DNA of 64,000 bases from an uncultured delta proteobacterium (GTDB lineage: Bacteria; Desulfobacterota; Binatia; Binatales; Binataceae), in NCBI GenBank assembly GCA_963755705.1, contig CAVWKW010000001.1, positions 12,777 through 76,776 of the forward strand, read 5' to 3'. Positions 49,865 through 58,850 of this stretch are shown in pieces. The position numbers were made by a program, and so were the translations under genes. A model generated the notes under the pieces. That model saw only the letters and a list, made by a program, of their open reading frames with translations. It had not been told where the DNA came from and did not search any database. Each line of letters begins with the position of its first letter. Positions within the stretch are counted from its first letter, which is position 1.

Positions 49865-51490
49865 GTGCCAAAACGTGAAGCCCCATCGTGGGAACTGGTC
49901 CTCAAGCGCAACTCCGTTGAGCGCCTGAAGCACGAGATGTTTCCCACCGAGCTTGCCGACAACTGGCAACGCCTGGTCGATACATCCTACGAAGCCCTGC
50001 CCGAGGAGGATATCGTCCGCCTGCAGTGGTTCGGGATGTATCACGACAAGCCTAAGATCGGCACCTTCATGATGCGCGTGAAGATCCCCAGCGGGATTCT
50101 CTCGCCTAAGGGACTGCGCACGATCGGTGAAATCTCGGAGTACTATGGCCGCGACCAGGGTGAACTGACGACACGCCAGAATATCCAACTTCATTACATT
50201 ACGCTCGACAAATTTCCCGAGATTCTCGAAAAGCTCAAATCCGCCGGACTGACCACGATGGGCGGATGCGGCGACGTGGTGCGCAATATCACCGGATGCC
50301 CGGTCGCGGGCGTCGATCGTGACGAGTTGTTCGACGTCACCGGTCTGGTCGCCGAGGCGGCGAATTTCTTTTACGGCAATCGCGACTACTCCGACCTGCC
50401 GCGCAAGCACAAGATCACCATTTCGGCGTGCCGCTACCAGTGCAATGCGCCGGAGATCAACTGCGTCGCGCTCGTCGCTACAATCAAAGATGGACGCGAG
50501 GGTTTTGCGGTGCGTGTGGGCGGCGGACAGTCGTCAACTCCGCGCCTCTCGCGTCATCTGGGCGTGTTCATCACGCGCGAGCAGGCGATGCCGGTGATGC
50601 GCGCGATTATCGATACCTGGCGCTCGACCACGGAGTACCGCATCTCTAGGGTCAAGGCGCGGCTCAAGTTCATGATCGACGATTACGGGCCCGAGGAATT
50701 CCGCAAGCTGGTTCAATCGCGGCTCGATTTTCCGCTCGAAGATCTCGCCGAGATGCCGCTGGCGGCCGAAGAAAGCGATCACGTGGGCGTCCACGATCAG
50801 AAAGACGACGGCCGGTGCTACGCGGGCTTTCCGGTTTACCTCGGCACGATGACGGGCAAGCAGATGCGCGCGGTCGCGGATGTCGCAGAAGAAATCGGCG
50901 GCGATATTCGGCTCACTCGGCGGCAGAATTTCATTTTGACTGGAATTCCGAAAGATCGGCTCGAAGAGATTGCCGGCCGGATCGGCGAGATCGGCTTTCC
51001 GCTCGATGCTAACGGGCTGTACGCGTCGTCGATCGGATGTATCGGCGATCCGCATTGCAACTACGCCGTGACGCCGACCAAGACCAAGCTCGCCACGATT
51101 ATCGAGCGTCTGGTCACCGACTTCGGCGACGACGTGGCGGGACTCAAGCTGAATCTCGACGGATGCCCTCATGCGTGCGCGCAGCACTGGACCGGCGATA
51201 TCGGGCTTCAGGGCACGACAGGCCGCGGACCCAACGGCGAGCCGCTCGAGGCGTTCGATATCATCCTGCGCGGAGGACTCGGACGCGATGCTGCGATCGG
51301 AAAGCCGCTCCTGCGCCGGATTGCGTCGGCCAATGTCGAGGATTACGTGTCGCGCCTGTTCGCGGGATATCTGGCGCGCCGCACTGACGGCGAATCCTTC
51401 ACCCGCTTTTGCGTCCGCACCACCGACGCGGATCTGACCGCGATTGCACAAGGGACCAATCAATCCGGCGCTGCCGAAGCCGCCGCCTGA
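49865..51490 (+). CDS. Ferredoxin-dependent sulfite/nitrite reductase (siroheme)
   Basis: LTTRQNIQ, VRNITGCP, LPRKHK, CIGDPHC, DGCPHAC; coupled to cysH. Confidence 0.92.
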   Translation: MPKREAPSWELVLKRNSVERLKHEMFPTELADNWQRLVDTSYEALPEEDIVRLQWFGMYHDKPKIGTFMMRVKIPSGILSPKGLRTIGEISEYYGRDQGELTTRQNIQLHYITLDKFPEILEKLKSAGLTTMGGCGDVVRNITGCPVAGVDRDELFDVTGLVAEAANFFYGNRDYSDLPRKHKITISACRYQCNAPEINCVALVATIKDGREGFAVRVGGGQSSTPRLSRHLGVFITREQAMPVMRAIIDTWRSTTEYRISRVKARLKFMIDDYGPEEFRKLVQSRLDFPLEDLAEMPLAAEESDHVGVHDQKDDGRCYAGFPVYLGTMTGKQMRAVADVAEEIGGDIRLTRRQNFILTGIPKDRLEEIAGRIGEIGFPLDANGLYASSIGCIGDPHCNYAVTPTKTKLATIIERLVTDFGDDVAGLKLNLDGCPHACAQHWTGDIGLQGTTGRGPNGEPLEAFDIILRGGLGRDAAIGKPLLRRIASANVEDYVSRLFAGYLARRTDGESFTRFCVRTTDADLTAIAQGTNQSGAAEAAA

Positions 51491-51496
51491 ACGCAC

Positions 51497-52342
51497 ATGC
51501 CGCAAGCGAGCACAGCCGTGGAACACGAAATCGAATTTCCCAAACCGACCATCGTGATGGACGAACTCGAGGCGGGCGAAGTCGCCGTCGATCTTGACGA
51601 CCGCGAGCCGCAGGAAGTGCTCGCATGGACGATCGAGCGCTTCGGGCGCCAGATCGCGATCTGCTCGAGCTTTCAGGCCGAAGGCTGCGTCCTGATCGAC
51701 ATGGCGCATCGCATCGATCCAGGGGTTCGCGTGTTCACGATCGATACCGGGCGCACGCCGCAGGAAACCTATGACCTGATCGACAAGGTGCGTGAGCGTT
51801 ATGGAATCAAGGTCGAAACCTTTATGCCCGACGCCAGCGTCGCGCAGCAGATGGTCACGAAGCACGGCAACAATCTCTTTTATCGCGACGTGAATCTGCG
51901 CCTGCTCTGTTGCCAGGTGCGCAAGGTGCTGCCGCTGCGCAAAGCGCTGATGAACTACAGCGGATGGATCACCGGACTGCGACGCGACCAGTGGGCCACG
52001 CGCTCGAATATCCGCAAGCTCGAAATCGATCACGACCACGGCGGAATCGTGAAGGTCGCCCCGTTGGCCGACTGGACGGAAGAAGAGGTCTGGGACTATA
52101 TCCGTGCCCACGACGTTCCCTACAACGCACTCTACGACAAGGGCTTCAAATCGATCGGATGCGCACCGTGCACCCGCGCGGTCGGCGAGGGACAGGATGC
52201 GCGATCGGGACGATGGTGGTGGGAGACGGGTGCGCCCAAGGAATGCGGGATGCACTGCTCGATCGAGACCGGCGGCTTCGAGCATGAACTCGCGGCCCTG
52301 CTGGGTCATCGCGAGATGACCGGCGACGGCGACGGAGTCTGA
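51497..52342 (+). CDS. cysH: APS reductase, [4Fe-4S] CysH type
   Basis: IDTG, CC..RKV.PL, SIGCAPCT, RSGRWWWE, KECGMH. Confidence 0.93.
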   Translation: MPQASTAVEHEIEFPKPTIVMDELEAGEVAVDLDDREPQEVLAWTIERFGRQIAICSSFQAEGCVLIDMAHRIDPGVRVFTIDTGRTPQETYDLIDKVRERYGIKVETFMPDASVAQQMVTKHGNNLFYRDVNLRLLCCQVRKVLPLRKALMNYSGWITGLRRDQWATRSNIRKLEIDHDHGGIVKVAPLADWTEEEVWDYIRAHDVPYNALYDKGFKSIGCAPCTRAVGEGQDARSGRWWWETGAPKECGMHCSIETGGFEHELAALLGHREMTGDGDGV

Positions 52343-52842
52343 TGACGCCAAGCGACGACGCTGCCGCGCCAAGCGCCGAACCGCTCACGCTCGACGCACT
52401 GCAGCGCGATATTCTGCTCCCCCAAATCCAGGCGTTTATCGACGCCACGACTGACCCGGGCGCACGTGAGGTCTACGTCACGTTGAAGGCCGCGGTCGAA
52501 GCGATGGAGATCGCGCGGGCCGACTTGCAGGCGCGTCTCGGCGCGATCGTCGAGGTGGCGCTCCAGAGCGGGCGGATAAGAAAACTGTTCGGCCCGGGCG
52601 CCGAGTTATCGCTAAACGCGCTCTTCCAAAAAACTCCCCGCGGCCGCGAGATCGCGACCTCGCTGCGCGAGCTCAACCGCGCGCTCGGAAAACTCAAGGG
52701 CGACACGGTTGAAGAACTAACCGCGGCACTGCGCGCTCCAGGCGCATACGCGCTAACCCTGAAGACGAGCGGCTGCCAGCTGGTAATCCGCTTCGAGCCA
52801 TCCGGCGTCCGCGTCGAATCGGTAGAACTGGCGCTAGACTAG
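52342..52842 (+). CDS. Hypothetical protein translationally coupled to cysH
   Basis: TGATG stop/start overlap; protein-like composition. Confidence 0.7.
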   Translation: MTPSDDAAAPSAEPLTLDALQRDILLPQIQAFIDATTDPGAREVYVTLKAAVEAMEIARADLQARLGAIVEVALQSGRIRKLFGPGAELSLNALFQKTPRGREIATSLRELNRALGKLKGDTVEELTAALRAPGAYALTLKTSGCQLVIRFEPSGVRVESVELALD

Positions 52843-52975
52843 TCATCGCATTGTCCAGTCTGATCGATGATCGCCGGTGCCGCCAAACGCGACCAACCAT
52901 TGATGCCTGTCGATCCGGTTGAGGTGACGGGTTAGACTTCTCTCGTCGGCTCGTGACCGATCGCGGAGGTTTCAA

Positions 52976-53206
52976 ATGCGCGTGTATGACTTCAAGGTAC
53001 TTCTTGAGCCCGATGAGAGCGGCGGCTACGTCGTAAGCTGCCCGGCGCTCGCAGGCTGATACAGTCAAGGTGAGTCGGTGGCCGAGGCAATGACGAATAT
53101 CAAGGAGGCGATCGAGCTCTGTCTCGAGGATACGAGAGCACGCGGCGAGACGATTCCGGATCCGAGCGGCGTTCTGGTCGGCAGCATAGTCGTCAGCGCC
53201 GAGTGA
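52976..53206 (+). pseudogene. hicB: HicB antitoxin with in-frame TGA (53057-53059) at the conserved Cys position
   Basis: Hand translation after GGAGG RBS: MRVYDFKVLLEPDESGGYVVSCPALAG*YSQGESVAEAMTNIKEAIELCLED...; matches HicB pattern P.L.GC.SQG....EA..N..EAI. Confidence 0.85.
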
Positions 53207-53444
53207 GCGGTAAACTTCCGATAATCTCCGGCCGCGAAGCGGTTCGCGCTTTCCAGCGCCTCGGTTATGAAATAGTGCGACAGCGCGGCAGCCATATCGA
53301 CTGCGCCATCCAGCCGACTCTTCAAAGCAACCACTCATCGTGCCCGATCATCGAACGCTCAAGCCGGGTTTGCTGAGGCGGTTGATTCACGATGCCCAAC
53401 TCGAGGTCGAAGATTTTCAAAAGTTTCTTGGCGGCGATTCCTGA
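53203..53444 (+). pseudogene. hicA: HicA toxin with 1-bp frameshift near 53298
   Basis: GTGA overlap with hicB; MSGKLPIISGREAVRAFQRLGYEIVRQRGSHI, then after adding one C, RLRHP..PLIVPDHRTLKPGLLRRLIHDA; span 242 nt is one base short of a multiple of 3. Confidence 0.85.
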
Positions 53445-53590
53445 CCGGAGTCTCCACGGCATCATCAAATTACGATCCCGTCGCGATGGCCGCCAGGCGC
53501 TCTTGCTCGTTCTAACCTCTTAAGTAATGCCGCGACCGCCCGAGTGAGTCGGTCTACCGCGGGATTCCTGATCGAACCACGGGACATCGC

Positions 53591-55867
53591 GTGGTAGAAT
53601 TTTTGCTCGTGGGCCTGCTGCCCGCGGCTTTTCCTGTTATGCACCCGAAGAACTTCCATCCGCGATTTTCGCCGATACCCCGAGTCGCTGCTCTGATCGC
53701 GATGATCACGGCGGCGATCGTCCTCGCGATCATTCCGGCGCGCACGATTCGCGCCGCGTCGCCCACTCCCGCGCTCAGCGCCGCCGCGTCGCCGGGCGAG
53801 GCCACCGCACGGGCGCAGGCCTCCGCGATGCCCAACGCGCAACCTTCGATCGCCAGCGCGCTCAAAGCGGTTACCGCGCCCGCATCGCAATCCGCAGTTC
53901 CGTCGGCCGAGGCGACGCCCGCTCCGGCAGACGCCACTGCGGTCATCACCTACTTAAGTAATGTCATAAGCTGGTATCGGCATCTCGCAGTTGAAGCGCA
54001 ACTCATACGCCAGCCGGAAGAGACGCTCTTCTATTCCAACGATGCGCAGACCGCGAATCAGATCATCGCACTTGCGTTCGTGTACGCGCGCGCACAAGTC
54101 GCCTACAACGCAAAAGTCGAGTCCCAAGCGCCGCACCCCGCCGCGCAGAGCGGCTCGCTCAACCTGAGCGATCTGAGCCAGAAGTCCGCGCAGGCCAGCG
54201 CCGCCGTGGCATCCGCGCAGAAGCGTCTGAAAGATTTGCAAGAGGGCCTGGCAAAGGCCAGTGCAGGCAACCGCGCGACCCTGAAATCGCAGATTGCAGC
54301 GATGCAGAGCGAGGTCGAGCTCGCCCAGGCACGCGCCGACGCGCTGTCCGCGTTGGCCGAATTTGTGGCGGGCAACTCGAAGTCCGTGGGCGAGGGGACC
54401 GGGCTGGCGGCGCAAGTTGACGAACTTGAGCAGTCAGTTCCGCAGGCGAATAGCACCACCAAGATTATCCCGCCGCGAATCGCTGAGCCTCCCGAGATAG
54501 GCGGAATAATCGGAATGATCTCGGACCTGCTCGACTTGCAAAATCAATCCGAGTCGCTCGAGGAGACGATCTCGCTCACCACTGCGCTGCTGCGGCGGGT
54601 CAATGCGATGCGCGCACCGTTGATCGCGGAGCTCCAGAAACTTGATAAGCGCGGCGCGGAACTTGCCAATCTCGGCAACACCGGCAATCTGAAAGATTTC
54701 CGCCAGCGCCGCGCGGGCTATCAGGATCTTATTGACGCGCATAAACAGGTCACCGATGCGCTCGTGCCGCTCAGCAAGCAGCAGGTGTTGCTGGCGCTAT
54801 ATGGCGACAACCTGTCGCGATGGCGCGCGTCGGTTGATCGGCGCGCGACCCAGGAGTTGCGCAGCCTGACCGTGCGCCTGGTGGGATTACTCGCAATTCT
54901 CGCGCTGATCCTGGCCGGGGCGTACTTGTGGCGTTACTTCACGGTGCGGTTTATTGCCGATCCCCGCCGCCGCCATCAACTCCTCGCAGCGCGCCGGCTG
55001 GTGATGTGGGTTCTTGTCGTTTTCGTGATCCTGCTTAACTTCGCCAACCAGGTAAGCTCCCTGGCCACCATCATGGGTTTCGCTGCAGCGGGTATCGCGG
55101 TGGCCCTGCAGAACGTGATCCTTTCCGTGGCAGGATATTTCTTTTTGATCGGACGCTTCGGAATCCGCGCCGGAGACCGGGTGCAGATAGGCACTGTCAC
55201 CGGTGATGTGATCAGTATCGGATTGGTTAAACTCACCCTGATGGAGCTGGCCGGCTCTGACCGCCAGCCAACCGGCCGCGTGGTGGTCTATTCCAACGCG
55301 ATCGTATTTCAGCCCAGCGGCAACTTCTTCAAGCAGGCGCCCGGGATGAGCTTCGTGTGGAACGAGGTGCGCCTGACCCTGGCGCCCGATTGCGATTATC
55401 GGCTCGCGGAAAAGCGGTTGATGGACGCGGTGGATGAGGTCTTCTCGCGCTATCGCGACAAGGTGCAGGGCGACTTCCGCCATCTCGAATCCGACCTGCA
55501 CGTCCTGCTCGATATTCCGCGCCCAAGCTCGCGGATGACGCTCACCTCCAACGGACTCGAGATGATCATCCGTTATCCCGCCGGTGTGCGCGTTTCATCG
55601 CAGGTGGCCGACGAAGTCACGCGCCGCGTGCTCGACGCGATTCGGCGCGAACCGGCGCTCAAACTGGTTGCACCCGGAGTTCCAAATATCCAGCCGATCG
55701 ACGTTTCCGATCATGAGGAGGCGGTCATCCCGAATGCTGGCGAGAATGGCGACGGAGCCGTGAAAACTATCGCGGCCGCCGCCGAGCGTCCCGATGACAC
55801 CGCCGCCGACGCGGCGAAAGCGCCGGTGGAAAAACCAGGCAAACCTAGTGCGCCGCGGTCTGGTTGA
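53591..55867 (+). CDS. MscS family mechanosensitive channel with large periplasmic coiled-coil domain
   Basis: GIAVALQNVI..AGYFF..IRAGDRVQIG..GDVISIG; start uncertain (53591-53702). Confidence 0.88.
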   Translation: MVEFLLVGLLPAAFPVMHPKNFHPRFSPIPRVAALIAMITAAIVLAIIPARTIRAASPTPALSAAASPGEATARAQASAMPNAQPSIASALKAVTAPASQSAVPSAEATPAPADATAVITYLSNVISWYRHLAVEAQLIRQPEETLFYSNDAQTANQIIALAFVYARAQVAYNAKVESQAPHPAAQSGSLNLSDLSQKSAQASAAVASAQKRLKDLQEGLAKASAGNRATLKSQIAAMQSEVELAQARADALSALAEFVAGNSKSVGEGTGLAAQVDELEQSVPQANSTTKIIPPRIAEPPEIGGIIGMISDLLDLQNQSESLEETISLTTALLRRVNAMRAPLIAELQKLDKRGAELANLGNTGNLKDFRQRRAGYQDLIDAHKQVTDALVPLSKQQVLLALYGDNLSRWRASVDRRATQELRSLTVRLVGLLAILALILAGAYLWRYFTVRFIADPRRRHQLLAARRLVMWVLVVFVILLNFANQVSSLATIMGFAAAGIAVALQNVILSVAGYFFLIGRFGIRAGDRVQIGTVTGDVISIGLVKLTLMELAGSDRQPTGRVVVYSNAIVFQPSGNFFKQAPGMSFVWNEVRLTLAPDCDYRLAEKRLMDAVDEVFSRYRDKVQGDFRHLESDLHVLLDIPRPSSRMTLTSNGLEMIIRYPAGVRVSSQVADEVTRRVLDAIRREPALKLVAPGVPNIQPIDVSDHEEAVIPNAGENGDGAVKTIAAAAERPDDTAADAAKAPVEKPGKPSAPRSG

Positions 55868-56216
55868 AGACGCTATCGACGATATCGGCCAGCTCGGGGA
55901 TTCGATATCGCTCGCCGCTGTACGCCTTATAGATCAGGAACAGCCAGAAAATCGCCAAAACGACGTTGACCAGATCCAGGATCACTCCCAGAAGCGCGCC
56001 CAGCGCATGCGGCAGTACCGCAATAAACACCCCGAACACTATCTCGATCGCGAACCACAGCACCGAGAACCCTATGGATTGCCGCGCGTGGAAGCGCACG
56101 TAGTCGTCCTGGCTGTAGGGTTCCAGGTAAAGGAAGATAATTCCGGTCACGAAGAAGCCCAAATAAGTGACCGCCGCAATTACGTTATTTGGTTGCCGGG
56201 ACGTTTCCCCACTCAT
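55845..56216 (-). CDS. DUF4870 family membrane protein
   Basis: YVRFHARQS and KAYSGERYRIP; AGGAGG RBS. Confidence 0.85.
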   Translation of the reverse strand: MSGETSRQPNNVIAAVTYLGFFVTGIIFLYLEPYSQDDYVRFHARQSIGFSVLWFAIEIVFGVFIAVLPHALGALLGVILDLVNVVLAIFWLFLIYKAYSGERYRIPELADIVDSVFNQTAAH

Positions 56217-56389
56217 CGCCAATCCTCCTTGCGAACTCACCGCCCCTCAACAGTCTTCGCCGTAGCCCCTTTAGACGAGTATGTGTACTCAAAGCACCGC
56301 GTGCAACGCAATCGGACGATGCAGTCCCTTGATGGCAGTGCGCCGCGGTGCGAAGAATCAAATATCTCGTTGAGGAGGACGTTTGCGTG

Positions 56390-56569
56390 ATGGCGATAGA
56401 AGTTACCTATGATCGCAAAATTTGCATCCATTCGGGAAACTGCGTGAAGACTCTACCGCAGGTATTCAAAGTCGAAGACGGCAAATTTGTGATCAATACC
56501 TCCGCAGCGGAGGAGTCAGAGGTGCGCGCGACGGTCGCCGCCTGCCCCTCGCACGCGCTGAAGTTCTGA
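56390..56569 (+). CDS. Divergent mono-cluster 4Fe-4S ferredoxin (YjdI-like)
   Basis: CIHSGNCVK.LP.VF...CPSHAL; GAGGAGG RBS. Confidence 0.87.
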   Translation: MAIEVTYDRKICIHSGNCVKTLPQVFKVEDGKFVINTSAAEESEVRATVAACPSHALKF

Positions 56570-56705
56570 TACCTCGCCATGTAAGAGGCTTCGATAATTG
56601 GCGCAGCGCAATCTGTAATGACCGACAAGACGCCAGTCTTATTGAGAAAATGCCTAATTTCAGTAGGGCCGTCTCGGCGGCCTCTTACCCCCGAAGGATC
56701 TGAGC

Positions 56706-57158
56706 CTACTTCCTATGCTTGCCCATCGAGTCTTCGAAGCGGGTCAGCGTCGCGTCAGCGTGGCGCCCCGTCGCGACCGCCTCTAGCTGGGTTCGAATGC
56801 GGTTTGCGAGCTGATGGCGAAAGACTGGCTTGGCCAGAAAGTCGCTGACCCCCAAACGGATTCCCTCGGCGCGCGCGTCCAGATCGTCGCGCGCGGTGAT
56901 CATGATAATCGGAATCTCCGCGGTATCCGGATTGTTCTTGAGCGCCTTGCATACCTGAAAGCCGTCCATTCCCGGCATCATCAGGTCGAGCAGGATCACG
57001 TCGACCTCTTTCTCGAGCACCAATTTGAGACATTCAGGACCGGAACTGGCTTCGAGCGGCAGAAATCCCTCGCGCTCCAGGTGACGCGCCAGAATTGTGA
57101 CGGTGTCCGGGTCGTCGTCAACCACGAGAATCTGGGGCAGCTGAGTCGAATCATCCAT
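56706..57158 (-). CDS. Stand-alone response regulator receiver
   Basis: ILVVDDD, LLDLMMPGMDG, DFLAKP. Confidence 0.92.
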   Translation of the reverse strand: MDDSTQLPQILVVDDDPDTVTILARHLEREGFLPLEASSGPECLKLVLEKEVDVILLDLMMPGMDGFQVCKALKNNPDTAEIPIIMITARDDLDARAEGIRLGVSDFLAKPVFRHQLANRIRTQLEAVATGRHADATLTRFEDSMGKHRK

Positions 57159-57165
57159 TTTCGTA

Positions 57166-58344
57166 TTAGATATCCTCAAGCTCTTCGGTTTCGTCCAAAG
57201 AGGCTTGTGTTATCACTCCGCAACGCCGCAGCTTGGCCGCAAAAGTCGTGCGCTTGAGACCGAGTAGCTTTGCGGCCGCCTGCTTGTTGCCGCCGGTCTG
57301 CTTCAGCGCCTCGTTGATCAATCTACCTTCCAATTCCCGTACCAGAGCGGGAAGATTGACGCCGCCATGGGCCAGCGATTCCGGAATCGCTGGCAGTTCC
57401 GGACGCACCTTCGAGAGCATCGCGGGCGGCACGATACCGACGTCGATCACCGGCCCGTCGCACAAGATCGCCAACCGCTCGACCAGATTCTCGAGCTCCC
57501 GTACATTGCCAGGCCAATCATAGGACCACAGATGAACCATCGCCTCGCGGCTCACGCTCAATTCGCGGCCCGGAGTGCGCGCGCGAATTCGCTCGAGAAA
57601 GTGTTCGATCAAAAGCGGGATATCGGCGCGGCGCTCGCGCAGAGGCGCGATAACAATCGGGACCACCTGGAGCCGGTAGAAGAGATCCTCGCGGAACGCG
57701 CCCCGTTTGACCGCGCCCGCAAGATCGCTGTTGCTGGCGGCGATCAGGCGCGCGTCGATTCGGATTCCGCGGTCAGAACCGACGGGGCGCACAATTCCGT
57801 CTTCAAGCACGCGCAGCAGCTTGGCTTGCAGCGCGATCGGCATCTCGCCGATCTCGTCCAGGAAGATCGTGCCGCCGTCGGCGCTGCTGAATAATCCGTG
57901 GCGCGAGCCTGCCGCGCCGGTGAAGGCACCGCGCTCATGCCCGAACATCTCGGACTCGAGCAGATCGTGCGGAATCGCCGCGCAGTTAACCGGCACGAAA
58001 GCGCGCGCTCGGCGTAACGCTCGCGCATGAATCGCCTGCGCGACCACTTCTTTGCCGGTACCGCTTTCACCAGTAATCAGCACTGTCGCATCGGTGGGCG
58101 CCACCCGCTCGACCAGCGCACGCAGCTTTACAATCGTCGGATGCGATCCGATCAGCACGTGCTCGAGCGACGGCGTCTGTCCCTGCTCGGCTATGTTGGC
58201 TCGTGAAGCCACCCCTTTTCCTTCTGGCGCCGGCGTGAGCCGGCCGTCATCGATCACGGAAGAAATTCTGTCACGCCCGGAGCATAGTTGACAAGCAGTT
58301 AACAATCGACGCGAAGCGAAGCGCGCGAGAGCGCGCGGTGTCAC
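57166..58344 (-). CDS. Sigma54-dependent activator (AAA+ plus Fis HTH) lacking an N-terminal regulatory domain
   Basis: GESGTGKE, GAFTGA, FLDEIGEM, FREDLFYRL, WPGNVREL, HTH; true start may be GTG 58212. Confidence 0.92.
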   Translation of the reverse strand: MTPRALARFASRRLLTACQLCSGRDRISSVIDDGRLTPAPEGKGVASRANIAEQGQTPSLEHVLIGSHPTIVKLRALVERVAPTDATVLITGESGTGKEVVAQAIHARALRRARAFVPVNCAAIPHDLLESEMFGHERGAFTGAAGSRHGLFSSADGGTIFLDEIGEMPIALQAKLLRVLEDGIVRPVGSDRGIRIDARLIAASNSDLAGAVKRGAFREDLFYRLQVVPIVIAPLRERRADIPLLIEHFLERIRARTPGRELSVSREAMVHLWSYDWPGNVRELENLVERLAILCDGPVIDVGIVPPAMLSKVRPELPAIPESLAHGGVNLPALVRELEGRLINEALKQTGGNKQAAAKLLGLKRTTFAAKLRRCGVITQASLDETEELEDI

Positions 58345-58841
58345 GGCTTGGCGATTTCCTGACGATAGGTCGCCGCCTGCCCCGGTCCTTCTGCAACTGA
58401 AATCTCGAGCGTGGTAGCGTCGCTGAGTGCGCCATGCGTAGCGAGCGCATCGTGCAGTTCGTTCCAGATATATCGCGCAAGCTCCTCGGCCGAGCTGTGC
58501 ACGATCGGCGCAAGGAAAACGTCGGCGGCGGGAAACGTGAATTCATCGCGTTCGTAGATAACGCGAATCTGTCCGCCCGGCAGCCGATCGATCTTCAGGC
58601 AATCACTCTTTTCCGGGATGATCGTATGCTCGTCGAGGCGATCGAGAATTTCCTTGGTCAGTTTTTTGATCAGGCCGAAATCGATCACGTAGCCGGTTCC
58701 CAGAAGCCGCCCCTCGACCCGCACACCGACCTGGTAATTGTGGCCGTGCAGTGGCTCGCGAAAACCCGGATAGGCGATAAAATGCGCGGCCGAGAACTTC
58801 AGGTTTTCCTTTGCGACGTGAATCGAAAACTGGGTCGGCAT
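58341..58841 (-). CDS. 6-pyruvoyl-tetrahydropterin synthase/QueD family protein, PTPS-III motif
   Basis: FSAAHF, REPLHGHNY (E-x2-HGH, no Cys), VIDF, SAEELA. Confidence 0.88.
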   Translation of the reverse strand: MPTQFSIHVAKENLKFSAAHFIAYPGFREPLHGHNYQVGVRVEGRLLGTGYVIDFGLIKKLTKEILDRLDEHTIIPEKSDCLKIDRLPGGQIRVIYERDEFTFPAADVFLAPIVHSSAEELARYIWNELHDALATHGALSDATTLEISVAEGPGQAATYRQEIAKP

Positions 58842-58850
58842 GGTCGAGTC

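Noticed and set aside
50534-52372. 612-aa minus-strand ORF
   Set aside because: Antisense to the sulfite reductase and cysH.
52694-53338. Minus-strand ORFs 52694-53338 and 53065-53334
   Set aside because: The region is better explained by the + strand hicBA pair with RBS and family motifs.
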